From the NCBI GenBank assembly GCA_963807605.1, contig CAWECG010000003.1:448377-512376 (forward strand): DNA of 64,000 bases, in the 5' to 3' direction. This DNA is from Candidatus Bathyarchaeota archaeon. GTDB taxonomy: Archaea > Thermoproteota > Bathyarchaeia > 40CM-2-53-6 > RBG-13-38-9. Shown one piece after another: positions 18,839 through 29,435 of the stretch (the stretch's first letter is position 1; every line of letters begins with the position of its first letter). The notes below the pieces were generated by a model. That model was not told the DNA's origin. It did not search any database and saw only the letters and a program-made list of their open reading frames with translations. Both the position numbers and the translations under genes were made by a program.

Positions 18839-19483
18839 TCATTTTGACATTAGTTGCTTGGCTTTGATCACGCCGTCCCATGCGTCGCGGCCGAAAGCAT
18901 CCGCGCCGACTTCGTGTGCAATCTTCTCGTTTAGACAACTCCCTCCGACAAGGACCTTTACTTTCTTTCTGAGCGAGGACTCGTTGAGAGTGTTGATGGT
19001 TTCTTTGACCTTGCTGATAGTTACGCTGAGCAATGCTGAAAGTGCCACTATGTCTGGATTGAGTTCCTTTGTCTTCTCTACTATAGTCCTGGGAGGGACA
19101 TCCGCTCCGAGGTCATGAACCTCAAACTCTGCTGACTTTAACATTGTCGCAACTATGTTCTTTCCTATGTCGTGGAGGTCTCCTTCAACCGTTCCAATCA
19201 ACACCCTGCCTTTGGTTTCGGTCGTTTGGCCCTTCAAATGAGGTTCTATAAGTGCCATGCCTTCTTTCATGGTGACGCCTGCCATTATGAGTTCTGAAAG
19301 GAAGTAATCCCCCTTTTCATATCTTTCACCAACAATTTCCATTCCTCGACCCATTCCTTCTCTAATGATCTCTTGGGGTGAGATCTTGTTCCGCAGGGCT
19401 ACTTCTATTGAACTCTTGAGATTGTCGGAATCGAGTTCTGCAAGGCTCTTTGCGACTTTCCCAAGAAGCTCTTTCTTACTCAA
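18839..19483 (-). CDS. cobalamin-binding corrinoid protein (methyltransferase-cognate type, MtaC/MttC-like)
   Basis: 214 aa with an N-terminal helical B12-binding_2 region and a C-terminal Rossmann B12-binding domain carrying the DxHxxG signature (GDLHDIGKNIV). Confidence 0.75.
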   Translation of the reverse strand: MSKKELLGKVAKSLAELDSDNLKSSIEVALRNKISPQEIIREGMGRGMEIVGERYEKGDYFLSELIMAGVTMKEGMALIEPHLKGQTTETKGRVLIGTVEGDLHDIGKNIVATMLKSAEFEVHDLGADVPPRTIVEKTKELNPDIVALSALLSVTISKVKETINTLNESSLRKKVKVLVGGSCLNEKIAHEVGADAFGRDAWDGVIKAKQLMSK

Positions 19484-19934
19484 AGTCTATACCTCATCCT
19501 ATGCGTCTTAATTCCATTTTTCGTATCTCTTTCCTTCATCGATCATCGTTAATATGTTCTCTGTCTCGACGTGCTGTGCGTTGAGTTCCTGTCTAAGAGG
19601 ATGAAGCTGGCATTTTCAGCAGCTGAGTCGATGCAGCCTCCGGTGTCTCTCCTGACATCACGCTCTGCACCTTATGGGATTGCCTGTACACAGTCAACGT
19701 TTCCTCTTGCGCGTGCACAGCCGCCTCCCCCCCCACCCGACAGTCCCTTTCCCGTATCCTCTCTACGTAAACTTTCCATGAAGTCGTGTTGAACGGGAAT
19801 GTATGAGGTTGCTCCAAGTTGAGCCCCCCGAGGAAACGTTTCTTGTTAGTCATTATTCTCTGGTACGGGTGCAATCCTGAAAACGGTCGGAGTGCAACAG
19901 TTTAAGAAAAATTATCCGATGAAGATCTTATCAT

Positions 19935-20492
19935 TCACGTTAGCATTTCAGTCTCAAGCTTCTGAATCATATTCGAGAGTTCATCGACTATCTTGCTGTT
20001 TTCGCTTTCCACGAATTGGCCGCCGCATTTCGGACATCTGAAAGCAGATTCTATAGCTTCTTCAAAGGGAAGACGGACGTTGCCACACTTACTGCAGACG
20101 AAGAAACTATGGGACTTTTCATATTCCAGTCTGGGCCTCAGTTTATCGAGTGTCCTTTTCTTACGACTTCGAATGAACGCGTCAAGTTGGTCCGGTTGAA
20201 GTTTCCAGTAGAAGATGTACCAACCCGTCTTCTCGTCTCTCACTCTGGTACAAGAAACCAGGGTCTTGTCGTATAATTTGTAGAGGACTTTCCTCACAAC
20301 ATTCAAGCGAACGCCTGAATCATTTGCGATAACATCATCTGTGGCTTCCCTCAATTTTGCGAGGGACCTTACTATCTTGACCGCGTCCTCCTCTCCAAGG
20401 AGGCTCGCCACCTTCATTAGTTCATCGTCTAAGAGCGACAATGGTCGAATCCTCATTAACCGCACAAGTGAAGTCATAGGCAGTTTTCTCAA
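19935..20492 (-). CDS. tfe: transcription factor E (TFIIE alpha homolog)
   Basis: 185 aa with an N-terminal winged helix (IVRSLAKLREATDDVIANDSGVRLNVVRKVLYKLYD) and a C-terminal zinc ribbon (CSKCGNVRLPFEEAIESAFRCPKCG). Confidence 0.85.
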   Translation of the reverse strand: MRKLPMTSLVRLMRIRPLSLLDDELMKVASLLGEEDAVKIVRSLAKLREATDDVIANDSGVRLNVVRKVLYKLYDKTLVSCTRVRDEKTGWYIFYWKLQPDQLDAFIRSRKKRTLDKLRPRLEYEKSHSFFVCSKCGNVRLPFEEAIESAFRCPKCGGQFVESENSKIVDELSNMIQKLETEMLT

Positions 20493-20654
20493 CAGATTTC
20501 CAAGGTTTCGTTTCTGAATTTTGCGGGGTTCATCACATCCTGATATACTCTTGGAAGTTCATGCTCTTATGTAATTCTATTTTTTTCTGTTTTAAGGATC
20601 CGATCTGTATGATTACCGGTCACTGCTATGTCGAGTATCGCCTTAGGCCATGTC

Positions 20655-21233
20655 TTACGCTGAAATGATTTGCTTTCTACGTGGGGATGGAATAATCCTC
20701 AACTTTGCATCTTGAAACTGTTGTGAGAGTTCCTTGCCTTCAAACAGTCGATCGAGGAAGACCGCTAAGGCAGCAACCTCTGAGTGGGGTTGATTGCCGA
20801 TTGCGACATTGAAGTCGGATATCTCTTCGCTGTAGAACTTAGCTGGAACCTTCTGGCTTCCTATCAAGACAAGAATATCTTTCCCAGCACTTCTGATCCT
20901 CTCCATCACATCGCTTGATTCAATGTTCTCACCGTATACTGTCAGATGAACGGTTGCTCCCCCTTTCTGCCGCCAGGACTTGACAAATCGTTGCCATGCA
21001 ATGCCCATGTCTAGGTTGAAGGAGCCGCCCCACCTCTCAACAACTCTCCTTATGGTCGTCGCGACTGTTCTGTCTTCAGCGTCAGTTAGGACAAGACCTG
21101 AGGCGCCAAACGCCCGCGCGGTTAGGGCGACATGGCTTGTAACCCTCATGTCTCGAGGTCTATGCCCCCAGCGCAGTACAACAATCTTCAAATCAAATCC
21201 TTCTTCCGTAGCTGTAGAGCGATTGCATACCAC
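20655..21233 (-). CDS. tRNA (cytidine56-2'-O)-methyltransferase aTrm56 (SPOUT)
   Basis: 192 aa with VVLRWGHRPRDMRVTSHVALTARAFGA, matching the aTrm56 signature LRLGHR..RD.R.TTHV.L.ARAFGA. Conserved neighbourhood with tfe and mbf1. Confidence 0.7.
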   Translation of the reverse strand: MVCNRSTATEEGFDLKIVVLRWGHRPRDMRVTSHVALTARAFGASGLVLTDAEDRTVATTIRRVVERWGGSFNLDMGIAWQRFVKSWRQKGGATVHLTVYGENIESSDVMERIRSAGKDILVLIGSQKVPAKFYSEEISDFNVAIGNQPHSEVAALAVFLDRLFEGKELSQQFQDAKLRIIPSPRRKQIISA

Positions 21234-21256
21234 TGACTCCGGCTAGGTACTTATCG

Positions 21257-21775
21257 CTACTTCTTCTTGTATTGGATTACGTCCCCGAGCGTGGGCTCAG
21301 ATTGTTCCGGCTTCTCAACGGAGACATCGGTCTCCTTTCTAGGCAAAAGAAGCTTGATCTTTAATGTGTGTTCAAGTGAGTGGGTCGACCTGAGGTCTGG
21401 AGCCATTTTACCTAACTCGATCTTCTGCACTATGGAGAGGCGTTCTTTAATTGCCCTAGCCAGATCTTGTTGAGACATCTTGTTCTTCTCTCTAGCCTTT
21501 TTGATTATTCTTGGGAAATCATCTGTAATCTCAAGCTCTTCAACCTCCCTTGGCAGACGACTGGCGACCGGCTTGATGACTCTTGGAGTCCCCACGCGTT
21601 CTGTGGTCGTGTGAGGGGTTGTTTCTTCTCTTTTTAGATCAGGTTCGCCTAGGCTGGAGCATCTCATGCAAACGAGCAACCTCGAACCCTCAATGACTAT
21701 TCTGTTAGGTAGTCCGTAGATGTTGGAACCACAAATCTCGCAGTTCATTTGCGTTCGCAACTCTTGTAGAGGCAA
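21257..21775 (-). CDS. archaeal multiprotein bridging factor 1 (N-terminal Zn ribbon plus HTH_XRE)
   Basis: 172 aa with CEICGSNI..LLVCMRC at the N-terminus and a C-terminal XRE-type helix-turn-helix (KMSQQDLARAIKERLSIVQKIE). Confidence 0.8.
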   Translation of the reverse strand: MPLQELRTQMNCEICGSNIYGLPNRIVIEGSRLLVCMRCSSLGEPDLKREETTPHTTTERVGTPRVIKPVASRLPREVEELEITDDFPRIIKKAREKNKMSQQDLARAIKERLSIVQKIELGKMAPDLRSTHSLEHTLKIKLLLPRKETDVSVEKPEQSEPTLGDVIQYKKK

Positions 21776-21796
21776 AGGAAGCTTAAATCTGATGCG

Positions 21797-22315
21797 ATGT
21801 TATTAGCTTTACGAGTTGTTATGGATAGACCGGACTTCTGGCAGTTGAGGAAGCTTAGAGGTGTAGCCAATTACCAATTTGGAAATTCTGTCGGCGAGAT
21901 CCTATTTCCCAAAGGCGTAAGGATCACAAGATCCCCAAGAACTGGGAAGATCAAGCTGATCTATTTTCGAAGGCAACATCTTGCGACTTTGAGAAGCAAC
22001 GACGGACTCTTCAGTCTCGGTATATATGGCGCGAAGCGACTCCTGAACAAACTGGGAGATAAGGCTCCGCTTAGAGCCACGATGAAGGACGGCTTCGAAG
22101 ACTTCGTTCGGGCGGGAAGAAATCTATTCGCCAAACATGTCATCTCCGCTGATCCTGCAATTCGACCGCAGAATGAAGTCATCATTGTAGACGGGCGGGG
22201 AAGACTGGTCGCTGTCGGAAAGGCGATTCTGAGCGGTGAGGAAATGGTGTCCTTCAAGCTGGGCGTCGCTGTAAAGGTCAGAAGAGGTGTCGGCGAAGTA
22301 GCTCGTTTTAAATAG
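21797..22315 (+). CDS. PUA-domain RNA-binding protein (COG2016-like)
   Basis: 172 aa with a C-terminal PUA-like segment (VIIVDGRGRLVAVGKAILSGEEMVSFKLGVAVKVRRGV). The N-terminal domain is unassigned. Confidence 0.6.
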   Translation: MLLALRVVMDRPDFWQLRKLRGVANYQFGNSVGEILFPKGVRITRSPRTGKIKLIYFRRQHLATLRSNDGLFSLGIYGAKRLLNKLGDKAPLRATMKDGFEDFVRAGRNLFAKHVISADPAIRPQNEVIIVDGRGRLVAVGKAILSGEEMVSFKLGVAVKVRRGVGEVARFK

Positions 22316-22348
22316 CATCTGGTCTACATTACTGATATTGGGGTACCC

Positions 22349-24112
22349 ATGTTGAAAAGTCTCAGCAGAGTCTCCCTAGTTTTGGTGATGCTATCAATTT
22401 TATTTGCCTCAATAAACACCTCAATTGTGAGAGCACAACAGGTATCCGTTGGAACTGATAATACAACATACAGTGTTGGCGACCCAGTCAGGATAGGCAT
22501 TCTTCTCAGCGATATGGGTACGGCAAGCGTAGAAATGCATGTCAATACGCCTGGAGGGTCAGTTAGCTATGACCTCGGAACTATCGGCTCTGGAGCCTGG
22601 TACTACACTACATTGACTGGACTTACAGTAACCACCGGAACCTATAATGTGGAAGTTGACGCTATGTCCGGAGACGTGATATGGAAGGGTTACACGACCT
22701 TTTATGTTCAAGGCCCGGCCTTCGATTTTGCGATGACCGTTTCGCCGCCTACTCAGACGATAACTCAAGGAGGAACTGCCAATTTCCAAATTCTGATCAC
22801 TTACAGCAGTCAGGCCTACAGTGGAACCACCATCAACATTATATTGACCGGATTAGGCGCTGGAATGGACCATACTGTATCAAGCGGTGGCGCTCTTACT
22901 ATTCTTACGTCTGAAAACACTCCACCTGCAACCTATTCTATTATTATTACGGGATCAGCTGGTGGCATTACTCATCAGGCGAGCCTCACACTAACAGTAA
23001 CCCCAAGATTTGATTTTTCTGTCTCAATCTCGCCAACAACCCAGACAGTTACTATAGGTGATAAGACCTCTTACTCTGTTACGGTAAGTCTGGTGAGCGG
23101 CACTGCTGCCCCTGTCTCTCTGAGTGCCTCTGGCCTGCCTAGTGACGTAACCTTCAGTTTCTCACCCCCGACAGGCCTTCCAACCTTCACCTCAACCCTC
23201 ACAGTCGATGCCTCTGCAGCCACATCTGAAGGCGGTAACACCATCACGGTCATGGCGTCGAGTGGTACGAACTCCAGGACGGCTACTGCGACCCTTGTCG
23301 TAAAGAAAGAGGACTTTGCATTGTCGGCATCCCCTAACATGACCTCCGTCAGGAAAGGAGAGAAAGCAAACTTCAACCTGAATGTGAACCCTATAGGAGG
23401 CTTCAATCAACCCGTAACCTTCGCCATCTCAGGGCTCCCTAGCGGGGCATCTTCCACATTCGCCGTCCCATCGGGTAAACCTCCGTTGACTTCAGAGCTA
23501 GCGATAGACGTATCGTCATCGACCCCTGTGGGTAACTACTCACTAGCAATAGATGCATCTGGTGGAAACAAAACTCACTCCCTAACAGTTTCGCTAGTGG
23601 TAGAGAAGAAGATCAGCAGCCTGGAGATATCAGTCGACCACGGATTGCTCGGCGATGTAACTGTCTCAGGTAATCTAAAACCACCAGTTAAGAATGCGGA
23701 AGTCACTCTGTCTTACCATGGGCCCGAAGGAAAGGAGATGACTCGCAAGGCCACTGTTGACGCAGATGGCGCATTCAAAGATACGCTCTCGCCAGATCCG
23801 TCGGGCAACTGGACAGTCGCGGCAAAATGGCCCGGAAACGATGACTACGATAACTCGTCAAGTCAAACGGCATCATTCACTTCTCAGAAAGGAATCAACC
23901 TGGAAATGTTGTTATCTTTCCCTTACTTCATAATACCTCTAGTCGTGGCAGTGGTTATCGTCTCTGCAATCGCTGTGACAGTAGGTAGACGTCGTGCAAA
24001 GTCCAGAATCGTTCAACCCTCCGCGAAAGCAAACATATGTTCCAGATGCGGAACTCCAGTTACACCAGGAGACTTGTTCTGTCCAAACTGTGGATCAAGT
24101 ATCAGCGAGTAA
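22349..24112 (+). CDS. cell-surface protein with tandem Ser/Thr-rich Ig-like repeats, C-terminal TM and cytoplasmic zinc ribbon
   Basis: 587 aa. A signal peptide (VSLVLVMLSILFASINTSIVRAQQ) is followed by four or more ~100-aa repeats with the pattern S.SP.TQT.T.G..A.F....T.........TL.V..., then a TM helix (FPYFIIPLVVAVVIVSAIAVTV) and CSRCGTPVTPGDLFCPNCG. Confidence 0.6.
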   Translation: MLKSLSRVSLVLVMLSILFASINTSIVRAQQVSVGTDNTTYSVGDPVRIGILLSDMGTASVEMHVNTPGGSVSYDLGTIGSGAWYYTTLTGLTVTTGTYNVEVDAMSGDVIWKGYTTFYVQGPAFDFAMTVSPPTQTITQGGTANFQILITYSSQAYSGTTINIILTGLGAGMDHTVSSGGALTILTSENTPPATYSIIITGSAGGITHQASLTLTVTPRFDFSVSISPTTQTVTIGDKTSYSVTVSLVSGTAAPVSLSASGLPSDVTFSFSPPTGLPTFTSTLTVDASAATSEGGNTITVMASSGTNSRTATATLVVKKEDFALSASPNMTSVRKGEKANFNLNVNPIGGFNQPVTFAISGLPSGASSTFAVPSGKPPLTSELAIDVSSSTPVGNYSLAIDASGGNKTHSLTVSLVVEKKISSLEISVDHGLLGDVTVSGNLKPPVKNAEVTLSYHGPEGKEMTRKATVDADGAFKDTLSPDPSGNWTVAAKWPGNDDYDNSSSQTASFTSQKGINLEMLLSFPYFIIPLVVAVVIVSAIAVTVGRRRAKSRIVQPSAKANICSRCGTPVTPGDLFCPNCGSSISE

Positions 24113-24161
24113 AACTAAACGGAACATGCGCAGCAAAGAATGACTTCAAGACGCCTTAGGA

Positions 24162-24473
24162 TCATATCCTCTCAACATTGCTTTCCAGTTGATCGATGCT
24201 GAACTTCAGAATGATGGCATCGCCTATCTTATCGATTACAGATACAGGTATTCTAACTTTTGTTTTACCTATGTCAAATCTCTTGGAAAAGGCTCTCTTA
24301 GCCACATCGCTGTCTAATTCAACGACAAAATCCGTTAGAAGACATTTTTCAGGGTCAACAACAAGATCCTTAACCTTGCCTACGAATTGCATTCCAACCC
24401 CGTACACCTTCATCTCACCGAATTCGCTTGCCAGCACGAGACTCACCATCCTAGGATCTATGACGTTGAACAC
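24162..24473 (-). CDS. PRC-barrel domain protein
   Basis: 103-aa beta-rich protein (VKDLVVDPEKCLLTDFVVELD ... IPVSVIDKIGDAIILKF) resembling archaeal stand-alone PRC barrels. Confidence 0.5.
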   Translation of the reverse strand: MFNVIDPRMVSLVLASEFGEMKVYGVGMQFVGKVKDLVVDPEKCLLTDFVVELDSDVAKRAFSKRFDIGKTKVRIPVSVIDKIGDAIILKFSIDQLESNVERI

Positions 24474-24727
24474 TTTATGTCTTCCCTTAATTTGACATCA
24501 AATAAATCTCTCAGACTGGGAGTGTTTTGTAAGACGAATACCTTTATGGTCAGAATGCCCCCTTGATCTAGCTGTCGACTTGCCGGGCGTGCGGCACATG
24601 TCACTAAGCTATCTGGTTCATTCTAGAATATGTTGATCATCCGGCCACGTGAAAAACATTTTTCAGAGACCCTTAAGTTTTCTTAGGATTATTAACTAGC
24701 GTTGTCGCACGTTGGAGTGGAAGAGGT

Positions 24728-25111
24728 TTGGCTAATAAGGCTCTTCGATCTATGAGGGGTATGCCATCGGGTAGGGATGCCCTTCGCATGATGCAACGAA
24801 TGGGTATGGAGACAAATCCAATAGAGGGCGTCAAAGATGTTACTATCCGAACGACTGAAAGAAAGATCATTATAGACGAACCTGCTGTGGTGTCTATTCG
24901 AATGCAAGGGCAATCCATCTTTCAAGTGGCCGGCGGGACCTTGAGGGAAGAGCCGATAACTGCGGGGTCCAAACCCATTATCCCTGAGGATGATATTGCC
25001 CTTGTCGCTCAGCAGGCTAATGTTACTTTGGGAGAAGCTAGGAGAGCCTTAGAGAGTTCTGGCGGAGACCTAGCCCAAGCCATTATCTCTTTAAAAAAGG
25101 AGAAATCTTAG
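24728..25111 (+). CDS. nac: nascent polypeptide-associated complex protein (NAC alpha homolog)
   Basis: 127 aa with a NAC domain (IEGVKDVTIRTTERKIIIDEPAVVSI) and a C-terminal UBA-like helix bundle (EDDIALVAQQANVTLGEARRALESSGGDLAQAI). Confidence 0.85.
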   Translation: MANKALRSMRGMPSGRDALRMMQRMGMETNPIEGVKDVTIRTTERKIIIDEPAVVSIRMQGQSIFQVAGGTLREEPITAGSKPIIPEDDIALVAQQANVTLGEARRALESSGGDLAQAIISLKKEKS

Positions 25112-25752
25112 CTCTCTTCTTCCAATCGTCTTTTTATCCTTTTAAGACGGAAGAAGTCCTCCCTTTCCCTTTCTTCAAGATACATCCTGATGAAACGTAT
25201 CGTATTGCTCATCCTCGGGATTATCACGTATTCTAGGCTGTTGACCCTTCTCTTGACCGATGCTATCGCTTCCGCGAGTTTTGTGAGAGCCGTCTCGATT
25301 CCTGCAAGTTCAGCTAGGGTCTTGACCGCTTCAATCATCGCTAATGTGGCCTCATCCAGTCTTGCAGATGTGTCGATGACGCTATATGGATAGCTGCTCA
25401 AAGGTTTGACCTCGATTTGTAAGTTCGGTATGGATACGCCAATCACGCTGCGGGTCTTTGCGACGACATCAAACCTATCTTCGACACCGTAGGCCAACTC
25501 TTGAAGTTTGGAGTATCCCATTATCATCTGCGCCTCAGAGAAGGCTGCGTATGCTACCTCTAGAGACTCCTGGGCTTTCGCTCTGAGGGAGGATATCTCC
25601 CTGACGAACTCGAAGAATTCCATCATCAGAGCGTCAAGCTTCTCTCTAAGAAGCTCTCTCCCTCTCTCGGCAATGTCCATCCTCTTTCTTAGAGCTAGAA
25701 GTTCCATCCTTGTAGGATGGACATTCATCAACTGCTCTGACATCGAGAGCAC
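25108..25752 (-). CDS. atpD: A/V-type ATP synthase subunit D
   Basis: NVHPTRMELLALRKRMDIAERGRELLREKLDAL is the canonical subunit-D N-terminus. The ORF track uses a GTG at 25752; the ATG at 25743 is the more likely start. Confidence 0.85.
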   Translation of the reverse strand: MLSMSEQLMNVHPTRMELLALRKRMDIAERGRELLREKLDALMMEFFEFVREISSLRAKAQESLEVAYAAFSEAQMIMGYSKLQELAYGVEDRFDVVAKTRSVIGVSIPNLQIEVKPLSSYPYSVIDTSARLDEATLAMIEAVKTLAELAGIETALTKLAEAIASVKRRVNSLEYVIIPRMSNTIRFIRMYLEEREREDFFRLKRIKRRLEEES

Positions 25753-27149
25753 TCAGTTCTTTGTCCTGTACTTCGGGTGGTGAATCTTGATAGTCTCCGG
25801 ATCTATCCTCTTCAGTTCGCTCTCAGGAAGCATTGAGAGAAGCTCCCAACCGAGATCTAAGTATCCTCAATCTCCCGGTTCTCGTATACTCCTTGCGTCA
25901 CAAATCTCCTCTCAAAGATGTCTGCGAACTTAAGGTACATCTTATCCCTTGAAGAGAGCGCCTCCTCACCGACGACTGCAACTAAATCTCTGAATCCCCT
26001 ACCTTCTGCGTAGGCATAATACAATTGGTCCGAGACCTCTCTGTGGTCTTCACGTGTTCTGCCCTTACCTATCCCTTCCTTCATGAGTCTTGAGAGAGAT
26101 GGTGAAACGTCTATTGGAGGATATACACCCCTTCTATAGAGACCTCTATCAACTATTATCTGTCCCTCCGTTATGTAACCTGTCAAGTCGGGTATGGGAT
26201 GTGTCATGTCATCGTGCGGCATAGTAAGGATGGGCATCTGAGTAACTGAGCCTTTGCTGCCGTGCGTTCTGCCGGCCCGTTCATAAATCGTTGAAAGATC
26301 CGTGTACAGGTAGCCGGGGTATCCTCTTCGTCCCGGGACCTCCTCCCTTGCTGCAGATATCTCTCTCAGGGCTTCACAATAATTCGTCATGTCGGTAAGT
26401 ATTATCAGAACATGCATTCCAAGTCGATGGGCAAAGAATTCCGCAGCTGTCAAGGCGATCCTTGGTGTCAGGATCCTCTCTATTGCGGGGTCCTCTGCCA
26501 AGTTCACGAATAGAGTGACGTGTTCAAAAGCGCCCTGCCTCTCGAAATCTTCTTTGAAGAACTGGGCCTCATCAGCCGTTATGCCCATGGCCGCGAAGAC
26601 TGTTGTAAAAGGCTCCTCGGTGCCTCTTACCTTTGCTTGACGCGCGATCTGTGCAACTATGGTGTTGTGTGGCAATCCTGACCCTGAGAAGATTGGTAGC
26701 TTCTGCCCCCTGACAAGCGTATTCATTCCATCTATTGTGGAGATTCCTGTCTGGATAAAGTCTCTAGGATACTCTCTCGCGTAGGGGTTGATTGGCGCCC
26801 CATGGACATCTAGATAGTCTTCCGCGATTATCTTGGGTCCGCCATCAATAGGTTCTCCACTGCCGTTGAAGACTCGGCCAAGCATGTCAGAGGAGACTGG
26901 TAGCCGGATAGTTTCACCGCTGAAAGACACCTTTGTTGTTGGGATATCTAGGTCCGAGGTGCCTTCAAAAACTTGGACGACGGCTATGTCTTCGCCAACT
27001 TCAAGAACCTGCCCCCGCCTCTCCAAGCCAGTTGGCGTAATTATCTTGGCGACTTCACCATATCCAACGCCCCGTACTGCTTTTACGAAGAGTAACGGGC
27101 CTGCTATCTCGCTTACTGTGCTGTATTCTCTTCCAAGCATTGTGGACAT
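25753..27149 (-). CDS. atpB: A/V-type ATP synthase subunit B (C-terminus interrupted by a 1-nt frameshift near 25857)
   Basis: The N-terminus [14 protein letters not shown] and the rest of the body are collinear with subunit B. The track ORF stops at ..ENREIEDT*, but the adjacent frame continues [31 protein letters not shown].., the expected subunit-B tail. The shift sits at 'gatacttagatc' (a tt versus ttt homopolymer). Confidence 0.85.
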
Positions 27150-28946
27150 CTAACGCATCCCTGCTGTAGCAAGAAGTTGTGAAGACAGCTGGCTGAATTG
27201 AACATCTATCTTCTTCAGGAGTTCCTTTGCAAAGACCTCGAAATCCTCAGAAGGCTGTATCTTCATCCTTGCAATCTCATCCTTTACGGGTAGCTCGAGT
27301 ATCCGCTGCAGAGGTACACCGCTTTCAGTAGCTTTCATCATCCCTCGGTGGAAGTTCATTATCACTTTGATCATATAGAAGCTCTTCTTAATGGGACAGA
27401 AGCTGTCAATGGGATGGACAGCGCTTTGCATGAGAAAATCTTCCTTTAGCATTCTGGCAACCTCTAGGGTCACTCTCTGGCTCTCGGATAAAGCGTCTGG
27501 ACCAACGAGCATCACTATCTCCCTAAGCTCCTCATCTCTCTGAAGTATCTGCATAACCTCACGGCGAAGGTCGACCCATTCTTCTCCAATTCCTTTTCTG
27601 TACCACCCCTCAAGGGGATCCAGGTAGAGTGAGTAGCTCGTTAACCAGCTTATAGCCGGGAAGTGTCTTCTCTCAGCCAGGGCTTTATCAAGAGCCCAGA
27701 AGACCTTGACTATGCGTAGAGTATTTTGAGTGACAGGTTCGGAGAAGTCGGATCCCGGAGGTGAGACCGCGCCCACCACCGATACTGACCCCAGATTAGA
27801 TTCGCTGCCTAGGATCTCGACTCTTCCTGCCCTCTCGTAGAACTCTGCGAGTCTTGAGGCAAGATAGGCAGGATAGCCCTCTTCTCCAGGCATCTCCTCA
27901 AGTCTGCCTGAGATCTCTCTTAGGGCTTCAGCCCATCGAGATGTCGAGTCAGCCATCAACGCCACATCGTAGCCCATATCCCTGAAATACTCACTCACCG
28001 TAATGCCGGTGTAGATGCTAGCCTCCCTCGCCGCGATAGGCATATTTGATGTGTTAGCGAATAGTATTGTACGCGCCATCAACTCCTGTCCTGAACGTGG
28101 ATCCTTAAGCTGTGGAAAACGCTCTAGAACCTCAGCCATCTCATTGCCTCTCTCACCACAACCAACATAGACTATGATGTCAGCGTCGGCCCATTGAGCC
28201 AGTTGATGCTGCATCACAGTCTTGCCTGTTCCAAAGCCCCCTGGAATAGCCGCAGTTCCACCCTTAGCGATTGGAAAGAGAAAGTCTATAATCCTCTGAC
28301 CTGTCACGAGCGGTGTGTCTGCTGGCACCTTTCTCTTAAATGGTCGGGCTCTCCGGACAGGCCATGTGTGCATGAGTCTGGCTGTAACCTTTCCGGATGG
28401 ACCGTCGATTGAGCATATATCATCCTCGACAGTGTAGTCTCCCTCGGAGACTATGCTTTTTATGGCGCCGGACACCTTGGGAGGCACTAGGATCCTGTGA
28501 TTAACGAGGACAGACTCCTTCACTGTCCCGAGAACGTCCCCAGATTGAATACTCGCCCCTTTCTTCTGAGTTGGTTTGAAGGCCCATTTCTTCTTGCGGT
28601 CCAACGCTGTGACTACAATGCCTCTCTCGATGAAGTCACCAGAGAGCTCTTTGATAACTGGTAGCGGCCTCTGAATTCCATCATAAGTCTGTCCGACTAT
28701 CCCAGGGCCAAGCTCGACCGATAGAGGTTTACCTGTTCGTTCTATCTTCTCTCCTGGCTTGATCCCGGTTGTCTCTTCATAGACCTGTATGGTCGCTCTG
28801 TCACCTTCGAGCCGTATGACCTCTCCTATGAGTCCGACTTCACCGACTTTGACAAGCTCATACATCAGCGACCCCGTCATGTTTTTGCCGACTACCACCG
28901 GCCCAGCAATATTCTCGATCTTTCCTGATTTGAACAAACATTTCAC
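27150..28946 (-). CDS. atpA: A/V-type ATP synthase catalytic subunit A
   Basis: 598 aa with a Walker A (GGFGTGKTV), the N-terminal beta-barrel and a subunit-A-specific non-homologous region. Translationally coupled to atpB (27149/27150). Confidence 0.9.
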   Translation of the reverse strand: MKCLFKSGKIENIAGPVVVGKNMTGSLMYELVKVGEVGLIGEVIRLEGDRATIQVYEETTGIKPGEKIERTGKPLSVELGPGIVGQTYDGIQRPLPVIKELSGDFIERGIVVTALDRKKKWAFKPTQKKGASIQSGDVLGTVKESVLVNHRILVPPKVSGAIKSIVSEGDYTVEDDICSIDGPSGKVTARLMHTWPVRRARPFKRKVPADTPLVTGQRIIDFLFPIAKGGTAAIPGGFGTGKTVMQHQLAQWADADIIVYVGCGERGNEMAEVLERFPQLKDPRSGQELMARTILFANTSNMPIAAREASIYTGITVSEYFRDMGYDVALMADSTSRWAEALREISGRLEEMPGEEGYPAYLASRLAEFYERAGRVEILGSESNLGSVSVVGAVSPPGSDFSEPVTQNTLRIVKVFWALDKALAERRHFPAISWLTSYSLYLDPLEGWYRKGIGEEWVDLRREVMQILQRDEELREIVMLVGPDALSESQRVTLEVARMLKEDFLMQSAVHPIDSFCPIKKSFYMIKVIMNFHRGMMKATESGVPLQRILELPVKDEIARMKIQPSEDFEVFAKELLKKIDVQFSQLSSQLLATAGMR

Positions 28947-29435
28947 CGGAAGCGTTTCATCAGCAAACCTACAAGTTGTCGTTCTAGATTCAGATAAAAC
29001 GAATTAAAGCTTTCTAACCACATAACGTCTTGATCGTGTGCATTCTTCTCAGAAATCTAGGAAGATCCTACTCTCCATGAATAGGTTTGCCGTCACTAGA
29101 AAATTGAAGGTGCATATCCTTCTCAGGCAACCATGGGGAAGGCCTTTCCAAATCTACAGGAGGCTCTAGTAAATGCAATTGGCAGCCCCCGCTTTTCTCC
29201 AATGATGCGCATGTAATGAGTGGTTTAGTTTCTTGACGCGCGCGCTCTCTCACATGGGAGGCAGAGTAAAGGCAGATTACCATCAAGATTTCATTGTGTC
29301 GTCGCCGACGGTTGAAGTCGATGGCACAGTGCTTATGGAAAAGGGAAAGTTGGATGCTCGATATATCAATTCAGGCAGACATATCCTTTGATGAGGATGG
29401 CTGAATGATAATGCTCAAGTCCCTTTGGAGACTGT

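Noticed and set aside
19484-19934. Cobalamin riboswitch upstream of the corrinoid protein gene
   Set aside because: No B12-box-like conserved core was recognised on the coding strand. Cobalamin riboswitches are not expected in most archaea.
27150-28946. Intein in atpA
   Set aside because: At 598 aa the protein is ordinary subunit-A length and collinear without an insertion.
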